DNA of 64,000 nucleotides, taken from the IMG/VR virus record IMGVR_UViG_3300030503_000181, one strand, 5' to 3'. This DNA comes from an uncultured virus (IMG/VR IMGVR_UViG_3300030503_000181). Taxonomy: Duplodnaviria > Heunggongvirae > Uroviricota > Caudoviricetes. The notes under the pieces are model-generated. The model made no database searches. It was not told where the DNA came from and saw only the letters and a list, made by a program, of their open reading frames with translations. How positions within the stretch are numbered: the stretch's first letter is position 1; every line of letters begins with the position of its first letter. The position numbers and the translations under genes were made by a program. This document shows, one piece after another, positions 54,095 to 63,813 of the stretch.

Positions 54095-54777
54095 TGGAAG
54101 ACGTATTTGTCCTGACAACCACTGTTGGGAGCGAGCAGCGTCCGGTTGCCGTAGTCACCAGCGAGCATGTAGCCGATCAGTGGGTTCATAGCGGCAACGT
54201 CAACGATTGGATTCCCTTCGCAGTCGATGATCTGAGCCTCACTGGTATGGCGGACAAAGCGGTCACGTCATTCAGACCTAAGCCTCCCCGCCCACAAGCT
54301 GAGATGGATCAGGCACGTCATGATACAATAAAGAATCTGAAGGACGCGAACACACAACTTCAGCAGACGGTCGAGATGCTGATAGAGAAAGTGAAGAAGC
54401 TCCAAGGTCAGAAAAACAGTGCGTTCGATAATCCCCTCCTGAAGAAGGCGACGTATGAGTATTACCATGTAACAGACCGTGCATCGGCTGATAGCATCTT
54501 GAAGAACGGGTTCGAGGGCGGCTGGGGTGATCTGGGTTACGGCGTGTACCTTTGGAACGGGCTCGACACCGCCGAAGATTACGCGGCAAAAGGCGGCTGG
54601 GACCACGCGCTGAAAGATTCGGTCATACTGGCGGTAAGCGATCCTCAAATCGAGGAAATCTCTGGTGCCGACCTTGACCCGAGTTGGGACCCCGCGCAAT
54701 ATGCGGAGATGTATTGGCACCCGATGGAAGAAGGCTCGGGCAATTGGAAGCCCCATAGTTTAAGAGAGGTCAAATGA
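54094..54777 (+). CDS. Protein with a C-terminal ADP-ribosyltransferase-like domain
   Basis: YYHVT...SILKNGF...GYGVYL...AEDY pattern, after a coiled coil. Confidence 0.55.
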   Translation: MEDVFVLTTTVGSEQRPVAVVTSEHVADQWVHSGNVNDWIPFAVDDLSLTGMADKAVTSFRPKPPRPQAEMDQARHDTIKNLKDANTQLQQTVEMLIEKVKKLQGQKNSAFDNPLLKKATYEYYHVTDRASADSILKNGFEGGWGDLGYGVYLWNGLDTAEDYAAKGGWDHALKDSVILAVSDPQIEEISGADLDPSWDPAQYAEMYWHPMEEGSGNWKPHSLREVK

Positions 54778-55097
54778 TTACCCTAACTCCCAAGGCAGTA
54801 TTAAAAGTGAAAGAGATCATGGCGGCTCAAGACCCAGTGCCCTCAGCGTTACGGCTGGGCGTCAAGGGCGGCGGCTGTTCGGGCTTTTCGTACTCCATGC
54901 AGTTCGACAACGAGAAGGGCATGATGGACAAGTCGTTCGAGTTCGACGGCCTGACGCTGCTGGTCGATGGCACTTCTTTCATGTACCTCGACGGCGTTAC
55001 CGTTGACTACTTGGAGACGCTCGAAGGTGCGGGTTTCAAGTTCGACAATCCGAATGTCAAGAGCACTTGCGGTTGTGGGAGTTCGTTCAATGCGTAA
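54774..55097 (+). CDS. iscA: A-type Fe-S cluster carrier (IscA/ErpA/HesB family)
   Basis: GGGCSGFSY and NPNVKSTCGCGSSF. Confidence 0.95.
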   Translation: MITLTPKAVLKVKEIMAAQDPVPSALRLGVKGGGCSGFSYSMQFDNEKGMMDKSFEFDGLTLLVDGTSFMYLDGVTVDYLETLEGAGFKFDNPNVKSTCGCGSSFNA

Positions 55098-55644
55098 GAA
55101 AATCCTGACGTGGTTCTTCGGCAAACTCGAAAAGATCAATGCGTATCTGGATCACCGCGACGATATGCGTTCCATCGCTCGTTACAAAAAGCGGGTAGCT
55201 TTGGGAAAAATCCGTGGATAACCGCGAACTGTTTGACGAAGTTGCGGGCACCTACAAGCGGGAAGTAATCAAATTCCCCGCGATGGACTGTAAGCCAAAG
55301 CCCGATAGGAACAGACCGAAGTCCGAGCCGTCAAGAGGATCGACGCGGGACGATCCGCCGAACTATGACAGACCGATTTACGACCGTGACGGCAACAAGA
55401 TCGGTGTGATTTACGATGCCCCGCCAATGCCGGGGCCGAGTGGGTTATCATAATGGGCTGGGGAATCATTGAACTGAAGTGCCCCAACGGGCATCTGTGG
55501 AACATCGAGTGGTGCAGTGTGGGCGGATTTCGTCAAGGCCCGACTAAGTGTTCGATCTGCGGTGAACAGGGACAGAACACGCAGCGAAACGTGTTGGCCG
55601 ACGCGGCGAAGGAAGCCGAAGGCCGAATGAAGAAAGGAACATAA

Positions 55645-55866
55645 GTGGCGATCCCGTATCATCTAGACTGGGTTTCTTGCACGCTCGGTTTGGTAGGGGT
55701 CTACTTCGTCGGGCGTAAGTTTTGGTGGGGTTGGCTGTTTCACACAGCGAACCTGATCCCCCTGACGGTCATCAACGCTCATTACAAGCTGTGGGGTTTT
55801 ATGCCCATGAACGCTGTTTTGTTGGCACTGTACATTAAGAGCATGAGGGATTGGCGAAAGGCTTGA
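55645..55866 (+). CDS. Small PnuC-like membrane protein
   Basis: Three TM segments; GRKFWWGW...W pattern. Confidence 0.45.
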   Translation: MAIPYHLDWVSCTLGLVGVYFVGRKFWWGWLFHTANLIPLTVINAHYKLWGFMPMNAVLLALYIKSMRDWRKA

Positions 55867-56273
55867 GGACCAAAGAACAGCAGCGGAGATACGACCGAAC
55901 CTATCGAAGGAAGCACAAGAAGGAGCGGCGAGAGCTTGCTCGAAGATATCGTGTTGCCCAGCCCGCCGTCTGTATGCTTGCAAATAAACGAGCCCAGTGC
56001 AAGCGAAACGGTCGGGAATTCGATTTGACGATTGAAGACCTTTTGCCCTTGCCGACACACTGTCCCGTACTTGGAATCATGCTGGACTACGGCAGGAAGA
56101 AACATGTTATGCCGAACTCACCGAGCATAGATCGTCTGAAGTCAGATCGCGGATACGTGAAAGGAAACGTAGCAGTCATTAGTCATCGCGCTAACACGAT
56201 CAAAAATCGGGGCACGATTGAAGAACACGAGATGGTCATCGCGTACATGAAGAGGCAGTTGAATGGCGTATAG
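55851..56273 (+). CDS. HNH-like endonuclease
   Basis: FDLTIEDL...HCPVLG...SPSIDRLKSDRGYVKGNVAVISHRANTIK. Confidence 0.8.
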   Translation: MAKGLRTKEQQRRYDRTYRRKHKKERRELARRYRVAQPAVCMLANKRAQCKRNGREFDLTIEDLLPLPTHCPVLGIMLDYGRKKHVMPNSPSIDRLKSDRGYVKGNVAVISHRANTIKNRGTIEEHEMVIAYMKRQLNGV

Positions 56274-56670
56274 CGAAAAAGTTTTGGATCATTACAACAA
56301 TCCGCGTAACGTGGGGTCTATGGATAAAACCAGTTCCGACGTTGGCACTGGGTTGGTGGGTGCCCCCGAATGTGGGGATGTCATGAAGCTCCAAATTAAG
56401 GTCAACAAGGAGACCGGAATCATTGAAGACGCTAAGTTTAAGACTTTTGGATGTGGGTCTGCCATTGCTTCTAGCTCTCTCGCTACTGAGTGGGTTAAGG
56501 GTAAAACCATCGACCAAGCACTCACCATCAAAAACATGGAAATTGTGCGTGAGTTGTCTCTTCCACCAGTGAAGATTCACTGTTCAGTCCTCGCCGAGGA
56601 CGCCATCCGTGCGGCAATCGCCGACTGGAAAAAGAAGCAGGAGAAGGCAAATGACACAACCCCAGCGTAG
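56263..56670 (+). CDS. iscU: Fe-S cluster scaffold IscU
   Basis: MAYSEKVLDHY.NPRNVG, APECGD, FGCGSAIAS, LPPVKIHCS. Confidence 0.97.
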   Translation: MAYSEKVLDHYNNPRNVGSMDKTSSDVGTGLVGAPECGDVMKLQIKVNKETGIIEDAKFKTFGCGSAIASSSLATEWVKGKTIDQALTIKNMEIVRELSLPPVKIHCSVLAEDAIRAAIADWKKKQEKANDTTPA

Positions 56671-56952
56671 TGTGTGGCTCGTCACAATCGGCATGTCGCT
56701 CATCTTGGTGATGGTCGGAGTTATGACTTTCATAGCGGTGCACGCGAAATAATGTATCTCAGCATCATCTGGCTGTGTTTAGCTTTCGTCCTCCTGCATG
56801 ACCACCACCCCATAACCTCGCTCGCAGTCTTCAACGTCTTCCTGCTTCACCGCCTCTGGGAAGTAAAAAAGTGCAAAAAACCTAGACAAAAATCTTAAAC
56901 TACGGTATCTCTATTGTAGATAGGCCCCTGAGCCTATCGGAAAAGAGATAAC

Positions 56953-57671
56953 TTGAACCCCAAAAATAAGAAGCAAACAACTCCCAAGGGGGAGTCTAAA
57001 CCCCTCACGCTCAAAGACTACCAAGACTACTGCGACAAATACTTCCCCAAGAAGCGTTGTCCCCACCCTAACTGCCCCGAGAATGACCGTCCCGAATTCC
57101 CTTTCGAGAAGTGCACTCTCCATGAGCCCATCTGGATCAGCATCCCGGCTGGCGAACACATCCACATTTCATGCCCCGTCCACGCTGAGGGACACATCCT
57201 TCGCGGCAGCCCCGTTTCGTGGAAGCGGCCTCGGGTAACGTGGAGTGAGGAAGATTTCTGGAAGCTGAACGAACCTAACCTCCCAGAGCGTGACAACAAT
57301 CTCCCAGACTACAGCAAGATCGGAAAGGTGTGGATGTAATGAGAGCCATCAAGAAAACACGCCCATCCACTTGCCCGCACTGTCCTGATGAAGTCACGTG
57401 GGAGCCCGATCCGTCCTACAACGACCCGAACTGCATCTGCAACAAGCCGATGATGATCTACATCCCAGCGGGACAGCACATTCATTGCCCTGTTCACCCG
57501 GATTATCGAATCTTTGGATCGAACATCACCTGCTCGACCTTCGACAAGATGCGGACTGGCGGCTGCGTGTACGAGCACGACTCCAGCAAGGACCTGACGT
57601 TCGATTCCACTCGACCGTTTGGTACGGCAACGGGTGACACCATCCGCGACAGCTTCAAGATAATCTGCTAA
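56953..57671 (+). other. Two tandem Cys/His-rich paralogues (56953-57339, 57339-57671)
   Basis: Shared CPH.....P..I.IPAG.HIH..CPVH...GS motif. Confidence 0.6.
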
Positions 57672-57689
57672 AAACGAGTATTAGGGGGT

Positions 57690-58139
57690 ATGGCACGCAA
57701 ACCAAAACCCACGCCCCCTAGCTTCGTAGACGGTCTGATGTTTGACCCTCTCCTCTCCCGTGTTGTCCTCATCCGCAAACTCAGACCCGAATGGCAAGAA
57801 GGCCTGCTTAACTGCGTCGGCGGCAAAGTCGAGCCCGGTGAAGACCCCGAAATGGCTGTGATTCGTGAGTTCAGGGAAGAGACCGGGGTCTCCATCGGTG
57901 GGTGGAAACGATTCCTCGACCTGAAGCTTAAGCGAGACGATGGTATGCTGTATTGTTTTTACACCATCGGCAACGTGGACAAGGCGACGACCGAGCTTGA
58001 TGAAACGGTCGGCGTCTACAACGTACACGAGGTCATGGATCGCTGCGACACCATCCCCAATCTCCGTTGGTTGATCCAGATGGCTCGGTCATTTGCGTTC
58101 GGCGAAACCACAGGAAAATTTCTCGCACAGGAAACCTAA
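57690..58139 (+). CDS. Nudix hydrolase
   Basis: GGKVEPGEDPEMAVIREFREETG (Nudix box). Confidence 0.92.
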   Translation: MARKPKPTPPSFVDGLMFDPLLSRVVLIRKLRPEWQEGLLNCVGGKVEPGEDPEMAVIREFREETGVSIGGWKRFLDLKLKRDDGMLYCFYTIGNVDKATTELDETVGVYNVHEVMDRCDTIPNLRWLIQMARSFAFGETTGKFLAQET

Positions 58140-58202
58140 ACTCCAGTATTAAGCAAGTATGCCCGCAACGGGCTAAATTCAACGAGGAGGTCCAAGAGAA
58201 AC

Positions 58203-58844
58203 ATGGACACGCAAAGCTTTCGCACTCAACTCGTCGAATGGATGAAGGAAATAGTTCCCTACTCCAATTTCGACAAATACGCTCGTAAAACCCGCGAGGG
58301 TATCGAGACCAACCCCCACAACACTGATCGTCACGCCAACCACGTGAACTACATCATCTACACGAAGCTGCACAGCTACAGCATCTCGGCCACGCCGACA
58401 TACCTTGGCTGTATTGCCAGCACAATGTTCTATCGCCCCGGCGAGAACTGGACACGCGGCAACGATCTTCCTGACGGCAAGTTCTGCTACGAAACATGGA
58501 GTGCTATCAAGGACGCCATCATCCGCTACGAGTTGGAGAAGGTCGAACAGACCGTGGTGCGCGTGGTTCCCGGCCCGCCGTGCAGCCAACCACCGACGCC
58601 TCTGGAAACGGAATACTTTGAGGCACGCCATGCCGCTTTCCTAGCGCAGGAGCGCCTGAGTAGAGCCGAGCGTTCCATGAACGGGCTGGACAAGAAAGAC
58701 CCGGAGATGCCCACTACTCGGGCAGCGGTGGAGCCCGAAGTCGATTGCAATGCTTTTGTCGCTGTCGTCACCACCGATGTTCATATCCACCACCACACGC
58801 CGATCAATGAAAATGGCGTTGTTCCGATTGAAGGAATGAAATGA
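58203..58844 (+). CDS. Hypothetical protein (213 aa)
   Basis: ORF overlapping the thyX start; no recognised function. Confidence 0.55.
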   Translation: MDTQSFRTQLVEWMKEIVPYSNFDKYARKTREGIETNPHNTDRHANHVNYIIYTKLHSYSISATPTYLGCIASTMFYRPGENWTRGNDLPDGKFCYETWSAIKDAIIRYELEKVEQTVVRVVPGPPCSQPPTPLETEYFEARHAAFLAQERLSRAERSMNGLDKKDPEMPTTRAAVEPEVDCNAFVAVVTTDVHIHHHTPINENGVVPIEGMK

Positions 58845-59878
58845 AGATAGAAAGTAAGCTGATCCTCACCAGCAAGAACTCTGTGACTGGTGTCAACCTG
58901 TATACGTTCGTATTGACCTACCCGAGGATGATTCTCGCGGAGGTCAATACGCACCGTATGCTCAGCCGCAACGCCGCATCCTCCAGAGCCATACCAGCCA
59001 AGAAGCAGCGTAAGCAGGTTCTCGCTGATCCTTTCGTGCCATCCTATGTGGGGCAGAACCAGAAGGGTATGCAAGCGGGCGAGGAACTGAAGGGCTGGAA
59101 GCGATTCGTCGTTGAGAATACGTGGAGAATCACTCGCTACCCCAACGTGCTCGCCTCATGGATACTGGACAAGATGGGGGCGCACAAGCAGGCGGCAAAC
59201 CGCATCATCGAGCCGTGGACGTACACACAGCAGATCGTGACGTGTACGGACCTGAAGAACTTCTTCAAGCTCCGCAATCACCCCGACGCCGAGCCGCACT
59301 TCCAGATCATCGCCAAGCAAATGCAAGCGCAGGTCGAGTACGTGGAGAGGTTGTTCGAGACTGTCAACTTCGATTCCCGCAACCCAGACGGCAGTGCGTG
59401 TGCACTGGATAACGTAAATCCCAAACTGGGTGTGTACCGTGTGCAAATGCTTCGGCCCGGTTGGTGGGGCGCTGGAGAGCAAGACTGGCATCTGCCGTTC
59501 ATCGATCAAAAGGACATCTGGCGGGTGGGTGGTCTTATAGCGCAGTACCAACACTGGGAGTGGCAGCAACGAATGGGAATACCGAGCTACTCTTCCGATC
59601 CCACACCGCCGATCTATATCGGTGTGGCGGTATGGGAGGCACTCAAGCAAATTTCTACGGCTCGCTGTGCTCGCGTGAGCTACCTCTTACCTGAGAATGG
59701 TGAGCGGTCGGACGCCAAGCGAGACATCGAACTCTGCGGTAGGCTCTCAGGATCGGGGCATTGGAGCCCGTTTGAGCACGTGGCTACCCCTGTTGAAACC
59801 GCTGATTACATTGGCAATTTCCGCTCTTGGAAGCAGTACCGAAAAGAATTTGAGCAAGAAGATGGGGGAGACCGCTAA
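58841..59878 (+). CDS. thyX: Flavin-dependent thymidylate synthase-like (ThyX/Thy1)
   Basis: EVNTHRMLSRNAASSRA, NFFKLR, ARCARVSY, HWSPFEH. Confidence 0.85.
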   Translation: MKIESKLILTSKNSVTGVNLYTFVLTYPRMILAEVNTHRMLSRNAASSRAIPAKKQRKQVLADPFVPSYVGQNQKGMQAGEELKGWKRFVVENTWRITRYPNVLASWILDKMGAHKQAANRIIEPWTYTQQIVTCTDLKNFFKLRNHPDAEPHFQIIAKQMQAQVEYVERLFETVNFDSRNPDGSACALDNVNPKLGVYRVQMLRPGWWGAGEQDWHLPFIDQKDIWRVGGLIAQYQHWEWQQRMGIPSYSSDPTPPIYIGVAVWEALKQISTARCARVSYLLPENGERSDAKRDIELCGRLSGSGHWSPFEHVATPVETADYIGNFRSWKQYRKEFEQEDGGDR

Positions 59879-59909
59879 AACCTCAGTATTAGTGGAAGAA
59901 GGTGCATCT

Positions 59910-60392
59910 ATGGCTAACAAATGGGACGTGCATTACCTCAAGATGGCGCAGTTGGTCTCTTCTATGTCGAAAGACCCCTCAACTCAAACAGGGGCCGTCA
60001 TAGCGCGACCCGACCACTCTCTGTGCTCTACGGGATTTAATGGCTTCCCGAAGAACATGGAAGACAAGCCGGAATGGTACGCGAACCGCGACGAGAAGTA
60101 TTCCCGCGTCGTCCACTGCGAAGTTAACGCCGTGGTCTTTGCGCGTGAGCCTGTAAACGGCTACACTCTCTACACTTGGCCGTTCGCTTCCTGCGACCGT
60201 TGCTGCGTACAGATGCTTCAGGCTGGCATCACGCATTTCGTGTTCCCCGAACCATCCGCCGACGCCCTCACTCGCTGGGCTGCCGCATTTATCAAGACCA
60301 AGGACTACATCACTTCATCCGGCGCAACATGGGAAGAGATTCCTTTGGCGGAAATTTTCCCCACGGGAGTTGGACTGAAGGTTGGAGCTTAA
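59910..60392 (+). CDS. dCMP deaminase-family protein 1
   Basis: SKDPSTQTGA, GFNGFP, HCEVNA, SCDRC. Confidence 0.88.
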   Translation: MANKWDVHYLKMAQLVSSMSKDPSTQTGAVIARPDHSLCSTGFNGFPKNMEDKPEWYANRDEKYSRVVHCEVNAVVFAREPVNGYTLYTWPFASCDRCCVQMLQAGITHFVFPEPSADALTRWAAAFIKTKDYITSSGATWEEIPLAEIFPTGVGLKVGA

Positions 60393-60393
60393 A

Positions 60394-60894
60394 ATGGGCA
60401 CACCCGGACTTCAAACTGGCGGCGACACAACCGTGCAGGTAGCCTCCCCTACGCAAGTGAAGTGGGACAACCGTTTCATCGGTCTCGCCAAGCAGATCGG
60501 CGAATGGAGCAAGGATCATGATCGCAAGGTGGGCTGCATTATTGTAGGCCCGATGCGTGAGATTCGCTCCGCAGGCTACAATGGCCTTCCTCGTGGTGCG
60601 GATGACGATGTTCCAGAGCGTCACGCGGTCCCTGCAAAGTACATGTGGACGGAGCACCCCGAGCGTAACGCCATCTACAATGCCGCGAATGTAGGCATTC
60701 CGATGCGAGACTGTACACTCTACATCGCGGGCTTTCCCTGCATGGAATGCGCCCGTGCCATCGTCCAGAGTGGTATCACGACGGTTGTTTCCTACGAACC
60801 CGACATGGGCAACCCGAAATGGGCTGAGGATTTCAAGAACACCCTCCAGTTGTTCTCCGAGGCAGGCATCTTCCTGCGCCACGTGGAGCGGTAA
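60394..60894 (+). CDS. dCMP deaminase-family protein 2
   Basis: SKD...VGC, GYNGLP, HPERNA, PCMEC. Confidence 0.88.
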   Translation: MGTPGLQTGGDTTVQVASPTQVKWDNRFIGLAKQIGEWSKDHDRKVGCIIVGPMREIRSAGYNGLPRGADDDVPERHAVPAKYMWTEHPERNAIYNAANVGIPMRDCTLYIAGFPCMECARAIVQSGITTVVSYEPDMGNPKWAEDFKNTLQLFSEAGIFLRHVER

Positions 60895-61492
60895 TGATCG
60901 TCTGTAGCCGCCAAGATCGAATCACCGTCTATTGCGTCCAAGCATTTGCGGTGGTATTCTTGATCTTCACGGCTGTTCTCATCGCCACAGGAAACGCATG
61001 AAACGTTGCAAACGTCATAAATGGGTGCTCGTTCGTTCCGCGACCCGTCCTAAGGCGTGTGGTAAATGCGGGTATTGGCCGTCAGCGGGGAAACAACCGA
61101 AATGAAGGCTCTCCCCAGATCGCAGGACGTTTATCGCCCGGGTCGCATCTACAAGGAATGGACACGACTGGCTCCCGAGTACGGTGAGCAACTCCATGTC
61201 TGCCGTCAGGATTATTCCAAGAATCATAGCTTTTGGGATGCCTTCCAGCTTTTCATTAACTGGAAGTTTTGGAAGGGGTTATCCATGCAAAGGGACCGCC
61301 ATGCGGGATGTTTGGTGGCCGTTCCCTTTACTTACAAGCTGAAGTACGACTACCACGGCATGGGGCAACACCACTATGAATTTGAGTTTTGGCTGCTGAA
61401 TGTGGTATATTTGAAATGGTTCCGCAGCTATCGGGTTGACACGAAGGTTGCTGTGCGGTTCAAACAACGTTACGGAAGGGAAGTATTCAAGT

Positions 61493-62674
61493 ATGTCGAA
61501 ATCCAAATCAAAGACGAAGCAGAGAAAAGAACAAAAGCTCAGGCCGTATAGGGTTGACTACTTCCTGCACAACGAGATGCTGAAAGACAAAGCTCTCGTT
61601 CGTTCGAAGGTGATCCGTGCGGTCACCGCTGGACAAGCGACTGACGACCTTGCTTCGATTCTCCCCCTCTCGGCGGGTGAACTCACAGTCATTCGAGCAT
61701 ACCGCTTCTACAAGACGCTTTCCGCCGAGCCCGTCCGCAAAACTTACATCGCCATCGACAAACTGCTTTCCGCAAAGGAAGCCATCGCCGTCATGACGGC
61801 GATTGAGAACCGCCATGTGCCGATTGTCATTCGTCCCGAAGATTTGGGCATCAAGCCGCAGGCGGCTTCCGAAGCGCGTGTCGAGAAGGTGATGGCTGCT
61901 GTTGAAGCCGTCGATCCGACCACGCTGCCGCAGGATCATCCAGATCATGTCTGCACCGACAAGTGCTACGACATCGTTCCGCTCAACGACCCCAAGGCGG
62001 TTGAGGCTGTTCGCGAGATTTTGAACGACCCAAATCCAGACCGCAACTACAAGTACGGCGATCCGCAGCCCGCGACGGTGTTTGTCCCTGAATGGGGTCC
62101 AGACGCCGACACGTCGAATGTCGCCGCTGGTCAGCCTTCCCCCTACACATTCCCCAACAAGGCGCTCGAACCGCGTGGGGACGCGGTGTTCGATGGTGGA
62201 GACGAAGTTGTCACGCGGGCCGGCTTTGAAGTTTGCCGCTGGCATGGTTGGAAGTACATCGACCTGCGAGACGGGCGTTGCACGGCGACCGATGCGGGCT
62301 CCGGGTTCTACTACGACACCAAGTACAAGACCGAGTTGTCGATCAAGCGTGCCTCTGGCGCTCTGCAACAGTTCGGCAACGCGGTCACCGATGCTACTGT
62401 TGCTACGGAAAAATTCAACGAAGCTGCTCCGCGTAACGTTGATCTGGACGAGGCGGCTCCTATTATCTATCCGCCAGCCGCTCAGTGCCCTGATACTCCG
62501 TCGATCTGGCGTCCAATCAAGCCGCCTCAGGATGCGGTCTACGACGACAGCGGTTTCCGCCGTGATCCAGCGCAGGCCGTCGAGCGTTCCAGCAAGGCTC
62601 CGCTCATCACGCTGGCGACCATCGCGACCATCGTCGGTCTGGTGCTCGCATATTTCCACTGGTTCAAGCACTAA
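61493..62674 (+). CDS. Hypothetical protein with a C-terminal membrane anchor
   Basis: Long ORF ending in a hydrophobic helix followed by HWFKH. Confidence 0.6.
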   Translation: MSKSKSKTKQRKEQKLRPYRVDYFLHNEMLKDKALVRSKVIRAVTAGQATDDLASILPLSAGELTVIRAYRFYKTLSAEPVRKTYIAIDKLLSAKEAIAVMTAIENRHVPIVIRPEDLGIKPQAASEARVEKVMAAVEAVDPTTLPQDHPDHVCTDKCYDIVPLNDPKAVEAVREILNDPNPDRNYKYGDPQPATVFVPEWGPDADTSNVAAGQPSPYTFPNKALEPRGDAVFDGGDEVVTRAGFEVCRWHGWKYIDLRDGRCTATDAGSGFYYDTKYKTELSIKRASGALQQFGNAVTDATVATEKFNEAAPRNVDLDEAAPIIYPPAAQCPDTPSIWRPIKPPQDAVYDDSGFRRDPAQAVERSSKAPLITLATIATIVGLVLAYFHWFKH

Positions 62675-63164
62675 GAGGAGCAGTCATGATTCGAGGAATG
62701 GAAGCGACGGGTCATCAAGTCGCAACGCCCGTGGAACCTACGTCCGTTAAGTTGACCACGGAAATCCACATCAGTCACACGGGTTGTCCCAATCAGGAGC
62801 AGTACAGACGCTCGACTGGTGAGTCTGGCTGGCCGCGCTTCATCGCCATCTTGCACGAGCGGTACGCCCCGTGGTAAATCACGCTCAAGTGCGAAGGCTG
62901 CGACACAACGATCAAGCACACTACGGTGTCCTCTACCCCCGTCGAAGACTACTAAATGAAACTCAACATCGAGAATCCTCTAGCCCCGCAAATAGGAGTA
63001 TTGTGGTCGTGCGAGGAGTGCGTTTTCGTGACGCACGACATGGAAGCCGCCATTCAACATTCCCAGTATTACCGCAAATTATACGGTGAAGCCTGCGCCC
63101 ACCACACGCAATGCCTGTGGTACTACAATGAGAACTTCCCCTCCCCTTTTATGAGGGGACGCAA

Positions 63165-63704
63165 GTGGTCTATTACATCGTTGAAGCCAGTCATCTCTTC
63201 CGGGCGGGCGACAAATTCCAGACGCAATTCTTCGTGCTCGACGTAGTTAACTTCCTACAGCACGAATTTTTCGCGACCGATCCCGAGAGCCAGACCGTAG
63301 TCCTTCATGGTTCAATGAAGGACGAGCAGGCCGAACGTTATTCAGCCGCTCTTGAACGCCACAATGTCAAAGTCATCCGTATGAAGCCCATCGATTCCAT
63401 GGTCGGGGGCAAGTTTTACTTCAAGCCCACGTGGTACATGCATCGCATGATGGGTACGGAGATTCCAGAGGGCAGTCACGTCGTCCTCATCGGCCTTCAC
63501 AACCCGCGTTATCTTTCCTTCCTCGAAAAGTACGCTCACCAGTATGCGATCAGCATGGCGGCGTTTACCACCCCATCGAAGAAGCAGGGCTGGATGACCA
63601 TCCCCGAAAGTTTCACCCCCTACCTCGTCAAGGCTATCGACCTCGACAAATATGTTGCCCCAATCAAAGCCGAGTTCAAGCGGAAATCCAGTAGTAAGTC
63701 TTAA
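63165..63704 (+). CDS. Possible degenerate NYN/PIN-fold protein
   Basis: N-terminal YYIVEASHL and later HVVLIG...YLSFL resemble the NYN topology, without the full acidic set. Confidence 0.35.
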   Translation: MVYYIVEASHLFRAGDKFQTQFFVLDVVNFLQHEFFATDPESQTVVLHGSMKDEQAERYSAALERHNVKVIRMKPIDSMVGGKFYFKPTWYMHRMMGTEIPEGSHVVLIGLHNPRYLSFLEKYAHQYAISMAAFTTPSKKQGWMTIPESFTPYLVKAIDLDKYVAPIKAEFKRKSSSKS

Positions 63705-63801
63705 GGGCGGCATCGCGGCCTAAAGTCCCGAACAGAGCTAGTTACTCTCCCGAGGAGGATTTCGCACCCGAGCTTCGGGGGGAATGCAACCCGAGCCGCC
63801 C
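63705..63801 (+). ncRNA. Candidate structured RNA upstream of the dUTPase gene
   Basis: Terminal stem GGGCGGC/GCCGCCC with internal hairpins (e.g. CCCGA-GCT-TCGGG). Confidence 0.4.
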
Positions 63802-63813
63802 TGAAAGGTTCTC

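Noticed and set aside
54774..56670. Bacterial isc operon, i.e. host chromosome sequence
   Set aside because: No iscR, iscS, hscAB or fdx, and the two genes are interleaved with phage ORFs and an HNH.
53612..58139. NAD-reconstitution pathway (PnuC-like, Nudix, NDT-like, ART-like genes)
   Set aside because: No NadR/NMNAT, Nampt or PRPP-synthetase-like gene was seen, and the PnuC-like call is weak.
14207..62671. Long antisense ORFs (e.g. 14207-15289, 26536-27537, 28213-29169, 30285-31445, 61508-62671)
   Set aside because: Shadow frames of well-supported plus-strand genes in GC-rich sequence, with no recognisable motifs.
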